DNA of 63,894 nucleotides, the filler included, from Phoronis australis (Eukaryota > Animalia > Phoronida): assembly GCA_002633005.1 (NCBI GenBank). It is 10 parts of 10 records of this genome, joined end to end, with 100 filler letters (N's around TTAATTAATTAA, not from the genome) between each part and the next. Parts side by side here need not be neighbours in the genome. Positions count along the whole stretch, not along the records: positions 12,004 to 24,977 come from NMRA01000223.1; 9 more parts are not named here. The stretch is one strand, 5' to 3'. This document shows positions 12,252 to 22,582 of this stretch, piece after piece. The first letter of the stretch is position 1; each line of letters begins with the position of its first letter. The notes under the pieces were generated by a model. The model was not told where the DNA came from. It searched no databases and was given only the letters and a program-made list of their open reading frames with translations. The translations under genes and the position numbers were made by a program.

Positions 12252-15050
12252 ATGAGATATCACGCTATGCGGGTTCAGCTTACTGATGTGTCTTACTATT
12301 GTTTATATAACACCTGTATGGATTACGGAATCGTCATTGGCATGTGCCTCCTTTTAGCTGGCGATGTTGAAGAAAATCCTGGGCCTGAGGACAATACTGC
12401 CTTCAAAATCTTATTTTCAAATATTAACAGTATTAAATCCAACAATTTCTCCAGATTCCAACTTCTGAAAAATTTTGTTCTGTCTTACGATTATATGATT
12501 TTCGCTCTTTGTGAAACTTGTAATGTTACCAAAGACGACCTTGATAATGAACTAATCATTCCCGGTTACAGTGTAGCGTATCACAATAACAGTGGCCTCG
12601 GTATCATCTTATTCACTAAAAACACACTCTCATTTAAATTATGTCCTAGCTTAACTTGTCCTCAGTTATGCAACTGCTGGATCAAATTTTATTTCGATCA
12701 CAGAAAAAATTACTATGGGTTGTTTTATCGCTCACCTTCTCAATCTCCAACTGAAAGAAAACTCTACTTCAAAGCCCTGGCCGATCAGAATACTGGAACA
12801 TCATCAATAAAATACGCGGCAATCAACAGCAATCCTCCTATCCTGTCATCAACTATAATGGTAACCTAGTCTCACGTTCATGTAGTAGTGACAAGTGTGA
12901 TTTGTTTCTCAAATTTTTCACGAACAAAAGCCACATTACACCAACTGAAGTAAGTAACTTTCCCTTTCTTCGTAAACGTTGTCTCAATCAATTGTCTGAC
13001 ATCCCGGCTAATCAAACTGATGTCCGGAAGTATCTCAATGGAATTGACCCCAATAAGAATGATGGCACAGCTTTAATAACCAGCAAGATGATCAAAATGA
13101 TTGCCAACGAAATTACCATGCCCCTGGCCAATCTGTTTAACAAACTTCTTCAGCTAGGCATTTATCCGTCTTCTTGGAAACATGGAAATATGGTCCCTAT
13201 ACACAAAACAGGCTCCAAAACTGAAATTTCAAATTATCGCCCAATAACATTACTTATCACCTTGTCCAAAATCTTTGAGAAGATCATTGCTCAAAGTATT
13301 CTTACATGTCTCAAACAAAACAACTTGATCTATCATCGTCAATTTGTTTTTTTTTGCGTGGGAACAGCACCGTGGCACAACTTAATGAAATAGTACATGA
13401 GATTCATTTACATTTTGAGAAGGGCGAGAGTGTCAGGCCATTTTTCTAGATATAGCTTCTGCTTTCGACTGTGTCCCTTACGACGTTCTACTTCACAAAC
13501 TTCGATCCTATGGCATTACTGGTAATCTTTTAAACATGATCACCTCATATCTCTCCAAAAGAACTTACAGTGTTCGTGTCGACGGCGTACTTTCAACTTT
13601 ATCCCCTCCTGAATTTGTAAACGAAGGTGTACCGCAGGGTAGCGTATTGGACCCTCTTCTCTTCTTGGTTTACATTAATGACCTTCCTCATAACCTGTCA
13701 TGTAGCACATACCTTTATGCAGATGACACGGCGCTTTTTTACCCCTTCGCAGGGAGCAGCCCTGGATGTTCTTTGCAGCTTCAACACGACTTAAATAAAC
13801 TAAGCTATTGGTCACATAAATGGAGAATGAATTTTAAACCAGAAAAAAGCGTTGACCTCACCTTCTCCAAATCTATTAATGCTCTCTTCCTTGTTGACCC
13901 GTCTTATGACCTTAAACTTAATGATGAAATCATTCCTAGAAAACAGTCGCACAGACATCTAGGTATACTGTTAGATGAAAAACTCTCATTCACCCCTCAC
14001 GTTCGGGAGCTCGTGCAAAAAACTCAGGAACTAATTAATCCACTTAAGCTTGTCTCTCGTCATCTGAATTCTAAACATTTAGAAGTTTTTTTCAAATCCT
14101 TTGTACTTCCACACATTGATTATTGTGATATTATATATCAGTCTGCCAATACGGGTGCACTGCAACATTTGGAGAAGTTACAATATCAAGCGGCCCTACT
14201 CATAACTGGAGCTTAATTACAGGGGATCCAATAGTGTTAAGGTTTTGAATAGTCTCAAGTGGCCCAAACTGTCTACCATCGTAGTGATTTGAGATCCTCC
14301 ACCCCATATGCACCCCAGGCATTCAGAAGGTCTACAGTCATGATGTGCAACAACAACTGGAATTCTCTTCCAGTCTCTGTTAAGGAAAGCAACTCTTTTA
14401 CAAGTATAAACAATAATTTTAGAACTGTTTTTCATAATTTTGATAACTCAACACCCTTGACTCAATTCTCCCTTACCCGTGATAACGAAATAGCATTGTA
14501 CAGATCAAGATGTGGCCTTTTCCTCAAATCTGACATGTTCAGGCACAACTTTAGTAATGTCTAACCAAACTGTAAATGCGGTGACCAACAATCTTATCCT
14601 AATATTTTCTTCAAATGTCCTCTCATCGAATCCCTGAGAGACCCACTCTTTCGTGCACTCAATGATAACCAATCAATTGTTAACGCTCTCAATTCTTGCA
14701 ATAATATCCCTACTAGAGTTACATTATTACTGAATGGTAGTCCTAACCTTGAATTCGTTCTCAACGAATTCCTCCTAAGCAACGTTAGCAATTTTTTATG
14801 TACCGTTTATCATTATTGTTGGATCTGATTTCCCTACATGAATCTGTACATATTTTTGTTTTTTATATATCTGTAATAGCATGTCTAAGTATTGGAATAC
14901 TTATTTTAGATACTACTTAATTGTATATACCTCTATGTATATAAGTTTCATTTATAAATTGTTTACAACCCAGATATAATGCTTCGCGGTTTCTGGGTTT
15001 GTTATTATTTCTTTGTATGTTCTGGGTATCCTTCAATAAATATATATCAC
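12252..15050 (+). mobile_element. Decayed CR1/L2-group non-LTR retrotransposon: 2A peptide, partial APE endonuclease, RT, C-terminal Cys motif
   Basis: APE motifs (FSNINSI, FALCET, GLFYRSP); RT motifs (NYRPITLL, GVPQGSVLDPLLFLVYINDL, YADDT, HRHLGI); C-terminal RHN...CKCG...FFKCP; frameshifts and stops; AATAAA near 15035. Confidence 0.93.
12330..12386 (+). other. 2A-like ribosome-skipping (StopGo) peptide IVIGMCLLLAGDVEENPGP
   Basis: Exact match to the D(V/I)ExNPGP consensus, in frame and immediately before the APE domain. Confidence 0.9.
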
Positions 15051-16499
15051 AGTGAAAAATACACAGGATAATTGGACAATGCATCTGAATGCCATGTCAG
15101 ATCTACAACTAAATGCTATAATGTTCTAAGAATTAAGCCATTTGTCAAATGTATTCGGAGAGAAAAATTATATAGAATCCATAGGCATACACTACATCTG
15201 TTCTTCTTTGAAAATAGGCACGTTAATATATTATGATATGTAGATGTGCACCACACAAATGGAAAAAATATCAACAAACAAAAAAAATTGTACAAAACAC
15301 GCCCTTAGCCTGTCATTTTTAGGGAAAACTGTCATATACAGTATCTTTGTTTGATGGTATGGGTTGAAATCGGGTTAAAAAGGGTACATGTACATATACA
15401 TGTATCTACACTACATCATTGTTTCTGCATCGCATGGAAACATTATGTTGTTCAGCCATTTATTTCTCTTGGACCTTGATAAGTATTGTGTTGTTATTTA
15501 AAAGATAGTAATTTTAGTTGCAATTGCCATTTGTGTTGCTGACTTTCACTTAAGGGTACTTACATTGAGCAATACTATTTTGTTGGATTTTTGGCCCGTT
15601 TTATCATAGCAGAACCCAGCTAATGTCCAGATATGTATTGCATAATTTTGCTTTTTTGCCTAGGCTAGCATATTCTGCAGTTGTTTATATTTTAGGGTGT
15701 TACCTTTACTTTTTAACCATCGCTACACTAGACGATAGAAACGCAGATTCTGCAAATTTCGTAAGAAGTTCCTGCTTTACGGCGCACCCTAGATTTCTCA
15801 ATGATTAAGCACAACTTCATCTAATTGATTATGAATAGGACTTGAATGTTTTGTAGTCATGTCAAAACAGTTAGTTAATAAAAAATATTTTCTTCTGATT
15901 ACATTCAAAACATTGGAATTTTTGAACTGGCTTAAAGCAACGCTAAAACGCATGGAATTCAAAAACAAAATAGACAAAACGAATGTAAAACCTTGAGGTA
16001 AGTCTTGAATAAAAAATCATATTACCTCTATAGACCCGAAATGCACAGTACAACAGTTACGTGGATGATGTGGATCGCAAACACTAACAATAGTATGCAT
16101 ACATGTACATGTATGTAACGTGGAGGAAGAGGATGGCTAAGAGTGACTGTTTACGGCATTAGCACGTGTTATTCCATTTAGGACATTACTGCTGACAAGT
16201 GCACATGCCGTGGTACAGACGCTTTGGCAAATCTTATTGTACTTGTTATTCATCCAGTAGAAGGATTCTGCTTACGGAATTTCTATTTCAGAAAGCAAGT
16301 GTGTAATGAAATTACCATTTTCTGTTCCCAGCATTTCAGCCAGTATTTTATTGCCGTGAAGAGGTCGTTAACTGAATGAAATTACTGTCGTCTCCGGTTT
16401 TCTTGTTTGATTGAGAAATAGAATGTAATAAGAGTATTTCTGGCACTCATTCTATGGACAATCTAGGGTCAACTTTAAATTTTCTGCCATTTTGTTCCA

Positions 16500-16698
16500 C
16501 TTGGATTTACATAAAAGGCAGAATCTTCCTTACGAAAACTTTTGGTTTATCGAAACTCATTCATGTGGTGTCAACTGTGAGTGTCACCAAAAAAGAATTC
16601 GTGAAGTTAATAAACTTATCAGAGAATTTATTTGGGTAAATAAACCACCAAAAATAAAAGAAATCGTGGCTATTTCGCCATATCAACAGGATGGTTAG
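16500..16698 (+). mobile_element. L1/Tx1-type LINE ORF2 remnant (post-RT region)
   Basis: IKGRIFLTKTFGLSKLIH then, after a frameshift, REVNKLIREFIWVNKPPKIK...YQQDG, matching the GR..IIK..LSKL..FIW..KIK..GG pattern. Confidence 0.72.
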
Positions 16699-17049
16699 AA
16701 ATATCCTACCGGGATTTTTCGTAGATAAGCCCACCCGATGAATAGCCCATGTGCCTTTATTGGGAAAATTATGCTGAATAAACGCCCGTTTATTTCGTGT
16801 TGCAACTTCTTGTGTCAAGTGTCCAGATAGTGAAGCGTTTATTCGAAAAATTTTTCTCTTAAAAGATTATTTAGCGTCAACTTTCAGCCACAAATTCACT
16901 TTTTTGGAGCATTTATCATTTACAAAATCGAACAGTGTTGCCGCAGTATATGTTTATTAACATAAAATTTCCAACAAACACTTTTAATTAAAATACCAGT
17001 AAGGAAACCTCTAAATCTACGTGTATTCAGTCCATGTCAAAATTTCTAC

Positions 17050-17550
17050 CCAGCTCGTCCTCAGAGTGACTCATTCCATGTCCGAGTCGATGAAGAGATA
17101 CAGTGACTTGCGTCCATCTCTTGGATATCCGTGTTGTACCCCCATGTGTTCGCAAATCCGGGTGTTGATGAATAAGGTAGAGACCAGTTGCCTATCAGCA
17201 GCTATGCTGCAACAATCAAACGCTCTGATAATGATGTCTTGCGGGATTTGCCGCATTGCTGAATATACAAATTCTCATTTTATGGGCGGTGGCGATACCC
17301 TATCGGGGTATTTTCTTTCTCGCCGTTTCAATCCGATACGGATATTGATCTCGCAACATCTAGCTTTGAACGGAGCGTTAACAGAAAAATCAAGTGGCTG
17401 AAGGAAATCGGTCATTCCAGCTGGATTTATCTTCACGCCAATATTCAATTTTTGAGAGTCTGCGGATAAAGTTTCTGTCCAGTGGCTACGGTGTGCGTTC
17501 ATAAGCAAAACGGGTTTGTCATTGTTGGAATAAAGACCTCGCCTCATCAT
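17050..17550 (-). mobile_element. pogo/Tigger-like DDE transposase remnant (C-terminal half)
   Basis: VLLMNAHRSH...PAGMTDFLQPLDFSVNAPFK...IIIRAFDCCSI; a catalytic D appears as N; frameshifted. Confidence 0.88.
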
Positions 17551-17729
17551 TACTGTCTATATACAGTGGCGGATCAAGGATACCATGAGAAGGGAGGCCC
17601 ATTATGTTGCCTCGGGGAATTGGGCAAATCACAGGTGCCAGGAAGTGAGGGGTCGAGACTGTTCGAAAAATTTGGCAGTGGACTGAAAATAACGCATGAT
17701 GATCACCTCGATATTATTATTTAATATCG

Positions 17730-18450
17730 GAATGGGAATTCCTCCAACATGGTCATGAAAAGTAGCATTTCTAAAGCGAAAGCCCACCCCGTTGCAGAGT
17801 GTAATTTTGTTTATGAGTTCGTATGCCCTATGAACGAATGTCTTCGGTCAAACGTCAAACAATGTTACATTGGTCTAACGGTTTGCAGACTTTCCCGCCG
17901 ATTATCCATGCATCTTCAAAATGGCGCCATTCAAGATCATTTTCTGCAATGCCACGCACGTAAAATCACCAGTCAAGAAATTGTGGAAAACACGTCAATT
18001 CGCTACGTGGGGCAAGGTGTGCTACGTTTGAAAGTATTAGAGTCCCTTTTAATTGCTTTTGAGAAGCCTGTTTTGAATGAGCAACAAACAGGGTCACGCC
18101 GCACGTTACACTTGTTTGCGTGATTTTCCTGTTTCCCCTTTTCATTAGTCATTCTTTGCAGTATTTTACACCCGCCGTGTCTCACGGTGCATGTCGTCAG
18201 CTTATACTCTATGGTGGCATTACTGTGTCATTTTATCTTCACTTGAGAATGAAACAAGTATGTTTCGAAATATCATGCGTCTTTTAATTATGTCGCTAGG
18301 TCAGTTACTGTATCTGTGTTCAGTTGAGAGTAGAGTTTTGTTCCGAAAGTACGAACGTAACGGAATAAAGATGGTGAACAATGAAAAGTGTCGTGCATTT
18401 AACAAATTCTGTGTAACCGAAAACTTGCTCCAGAAGTACCGTCAGCTGCT
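17730..18450 (+). mobile_element. Penelope-like element fragment: GIY-YIG endonuclease end, pLTR, start of the next ORF copy
   Basis: NFVYEFVC...CYIGLT..RLSRRLSMH...LKVLESLLI..EKPVLNEQ; then CTTGAGAA-stem-GAAA; then MSLGQLL...RKYER...FNKFCVTENLLQKY, resembling a PLE N-terminus. Confidence 0.85.
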
Positions 18451-19106
18451 ACCGTGTTAAACAATTCTGGAATTCTTTACATCATTTCATAATTAAAGTT
18501 TTAATTTACACACTGAGCCATCTATGTACAAGTTCTTAGTTTGCTTCTTTTGCAATCTAAGTGAAATCTTCTATACCATATACACTCATGCCCAACATTG
18601 TATTCAGACATCATCGACAGATGGGTCTCAATCTTATTGTATTAAGTTTAGATTTATACTTTTTGACGCAGTGAAACTCATTGTATTTAATGCCTCGGAT
18701 AAAACTTCATTACAGTGGAGGGTTTTGCAGGCATATCTTTGAAATAATTCAAACAATATATGGTGATATTTTTAACCACTTCTGTTGTAAATGAACTTTT
18801 ATAAATATGCACCTACGTAAATGTAAACATACGTTAATTAAATTGTGTGAATTTGAGAGTGATTGAGTGTATGAAAGTCCTTCCTCTTCCCGTTCTCCCT
18901 CCACCCCCTTTTTGATGTTATTCTCGGCTAATTATTCGCCCAATCATTAGGAGTATTTTCCAAGTACTTATTGGTTCAATTAATGTGATGTACAGTATTA
19001 TACTCTAGGAAGTTGTAAAATATGCAGCTGGGTCTACCCAACCCCAGCCGTATCTACTATTCATTAATGATATGCTTTCTGGGTAAACAAACGTATTAAA
19101 AAAATC

Positions 19107-19416
19107 ACTGAACTTACGGTTATATACATGTAGAGACAACTACATTGCGTCCTCCTCTCCAGGACTTCATCAGACCACTGAGGAGTCACATGACTCGTCA
19201 TTTGATCCACGGTGCAGTTTGCGCGAGATGCTCTTCAGTGCCCTATCCCACGTTCTTGGAAGAAGAAACCTCAGGTCCCTCTATCTGTTAAGGCTAGGAT
19301 TCTCAATACTTTCATAAATAGCTTCCTTGACCCCTCTCCGTGGCACCTCAGTGGCCTGACAAAGTCCTCGAGAAGAGGACGTAACGTAGCCATCTCTGTA
19401 TAACCGTAAGTTCAGT
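19107..19416. mobile_element. Inverted-repeat element with a hammerhead-like motif in each arm (PLE/retrozyme-like remnant)
   Basis: 19107-19183 is the approximate reverse complement of 19346-19416; the arms carry CTGATGA or CTGACAA followed by a GTCCT..AGGAC stem and GNAA. Confidence 0.6.
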
Positions 19417-19586
19417 AATTGATTTATTGTTTTTCTACCTAAAGGGTAATTGATTTATAATCCAGGTACATAGTGTTCACTTAACTATCCATGTCTTTTT
19501 ATCAACTAAGTGTTTTTTATTATTGATTGCTAATTCTTGCGAGGGAGATGTGAATATTAAAAAAGGGTGATTGTTTTATACTCCAG

Positions 19587-19765
19587 GTACCCAGTGTTCA
19601 CTTACCTATCCAAGGCTGGGTGGCTTTTTTGAAGGTGATCTCGGTGACTATTTTGAACCACGCTGCTACAGCTACTGGTGCGATACGGCGATACAACCAC
19701 TCACCTACGAAGACATTCCGGATCATGCTATGTGCAGACTGTGGTGTGGAGGACAACAAGGCGCG
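19587..19765 (+). CDS. Probable exon of an unknown Cys-containing protein (TQCSLTYPRLGGFFEG...FEPRCYSYWCD...DHAMCRLWCGGQQGA)
   Basis: ttttatactccag acceptor, gtgagc donor, open frame, higher GC than the flanks. Confidence 0.5.
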
Positions 19766-20074
19766 GTGAGCCCCTATTGTTAAACGGGCACAATTAAGGC
19801 GATGGAGGTGCGAACTTCCCGACCTCCATTGCCCGGTTACATGGAACACTCCCAATACGGTCTCAACCGAATTGCCTAAATATTTTTCTCAATCGTTTTT
19901 GACTAATGCCAGATTCTAATAATTAAATTATAGCTGGAACCGTTACCTTGTGTGAGTTGTGTGAAATTATACGGTCTTATTTTCAGTAAAAATATTCAGA
20001 ATTCACCGAAGTGCTCACTTCCGCTAAAATTGAATAAGCAACTAGGTTCAAACAGCATAATGCAAGGCAATAGA

Positions 20075-22582
20075 GGTCGATTTCATCAAGGTGGTTTAAT
20101 AAAGCCAGGATTAAGACTTAAGATTAACCCAACAAAGAAACAATTACAGTCGATTTCATGAAGGGTGGTTTAACAAAACCAGGTTTAACTAAACCTGGTA
20201 TAATTTTAGACCTGACTTGCATTTCACCAACATGGTTTAAGAGCCTGAAAGCCTGGTTTTGCTAGACAAGTGAGATGGTTCACTAAAACCAGGTTTGAAG
20301 TATCAAAGGCACACCACTCTGTCGAGCTGAGTAAACGCAACAAAGAAACTATTGATGTGCTTCAATAAAACATTAATCACGTGGGTATACAATGGCATAC
20401 ACTAGTAGAATCAGTGCAGACATTTAGGAAAAACATAAACATCTAAAAGCTTTTCTCATGAGGAAAACTGTACTTTCTGTGCCCAACACACACACACATT
20501 AAAGAACATGCTCCCGATTAGATGAAACAGGTTAACTACCAAAAAATTTTCCTTGTCATTTTAGTGTTTATTTTCCTCGGCCAAAGGGGGGGGGCAAGAC
20601 CACTTCGTGACATCATTATATCGGAGATCTATGGAGGTGGAACTCAGTCAGAAGAATCAGAAGAAGCCGTCTTTAGTCAAATCCGTTGCGCTTACGCCCT
20701 TCTCGACCAGTCTTTTTCTGAGAAATCCGCAGGACACACTCCAACAAGTACTGATCTACGCATAGGCGGATCTACTGGGGTCAAGGGGTCCGGATTCCCC
20801 TTTTTCCCTTGATTTTAGTGATATCAAATCTATTATTTTCAAGTGATTGACTTGGCCCCCTTTTTCAAAAATCCTTGACCGTCCCACCATTAAAAATTCC
20901 TGGATCCACCCATGCTACGTTTGCACTTGTGTAAAACTGAATACTGAAAATAGTCTATTTTCACTCTAAAACTGCGTCGCAAATGCACTCCGCGGCATCA
21001 TTCGGTTGTACCTGTACCATGCAAGTTTGACATATTTGACAGTTAACCCTGGGTCTGACCAAGTCTAAAGTTAAACACGGTTTAAGATCTTAATACAGGT
21101 CTAAAGAATATAGACCTCGTTGGTAAAACTGACTTAGACCAGGTCGAAACTGGAGTTAAACCAGGTTTTTACTAGACCACTGGTCTAAGTGTTAAACCAC
21201 CTTTATGAAATGCAGATTATCTTAAAACCTGGTCTAATTCCAGTTTAAACCAGGTTTAATATTAAATCACCTTTATGAAATCGGCTGTTGAAGTGCTTCT
21301 ATTAAACCTTGTTCACTTGGGTACACAATAGCACACAGCAGTAGAATCAGTGCACACAGTTGCGAAGATGGGCTTAGATCATTTTTCACGAGGAAAAATT
21401 TCCTTCCAAAACTTATCAGCCAATGTCATAGTCGAGAACTAGAAAATTGGTACCAATTTAAGTCAACGTAAGCAGCAGGATTGAAGAGATATTGGTCCAG
21501 AATAACGGCTAGAAAGAAAATTTCATCGGTAAAAAAATGCAAAGAAAAACTGCAAGTTATCTAGTGGCAGATCTACGATATCATGAGGAGATCGTTTTCA
21601 TTTTGTATTGTCTGTGTCCAACTCAAGTATGCACATTAAATTATTTGTTGATGATTAACCGCAATATGGTGAATGCACACTTTAATTTCCGTTTCATTTT
21701 GCTTTTGTTGCGGCCAAAGGGGGGGCACAGAGGCGGATCCAGGATTTTGAATAAGGGGTACAGTACAGAGTATTAGCCACAATTTTTCCCCCACTCATTC
21801 ATACCCCGAAGTGCCAAATGGAATCTGGAGAGTTTTGGGGGTGCCATGGCCGCCTTGACCCCCTCTAAATCCGCCACTGGGGCAGGACCTCTTAGCGGCA
21901 ACCTTATATCGGGGACCAATTGAGATGGAACTCGGCCAGAATAATCATTAGATGCCTTTTTATTCATACGCGTAGCGCTTGCGACGGTGACGCTTTAATC
22001 GAACAGTCATATTCTGAGAAAATACAAAGGACACCCTTGAATATGTGATGGTCTACATATAGGCGGATCTAAGGTTTCAAAGGGCCCCGATCCCCTTTTC
22101 CCTTGATTTTAGTGACATCAAAATCTATAAATTTCCCACGCCCTCCTTTGAAAATCCATGATCCGTTATCCCCCTTAAAAAGTCTTGGTCCCCTTCTCAC
22201 GTTTGATCTTCTGTCGTCCTAAAATTGAATACTGAAAATACAGTTGTCCGTTCTCGCTCTAAAACTGCGTTGTAAATGCACACCATGGCATCATTCTGTA
22301 GCCCCTATATCGTACAAGTCTGCCATACCTAATAGTGTCCAATCTGGGTCTGATCAAGTCTAAAGTAAAACCTGGTTTAAGATCTTAATACAGTTTAAGT
22401 AATGTTTACCTCGTTGCTGAAATGAAAACTGACTCAGACCAGAGACTTGAGCTAAACCATGTTTTAAAAAACCACTGGTGTAAAAGGTAAACCATTTTTA
22501 TGAAATGCAGATTATCTTTAAACCTGGTCTAATTCCAGTTTAAACCAGGTTTAACTTTAAACCACCTATATGAAATCGATTG
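20075..22582. mobile_element. Composite non-autonomous TIR DNA transposon (Harbinger-like) with internal tandem duplication
   Basis: Left ends GTCGATTTCAT..GGTGGTTTAA at about 20077 and 20149; right ends AAAYCACCT.TATGAAATCG at about 21265-21287 and 22559-22582; AAACCTGGTTTAA-type subterminal motifs; 20350-21290 aligns with 21290-22580. Confidence 0.7.
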
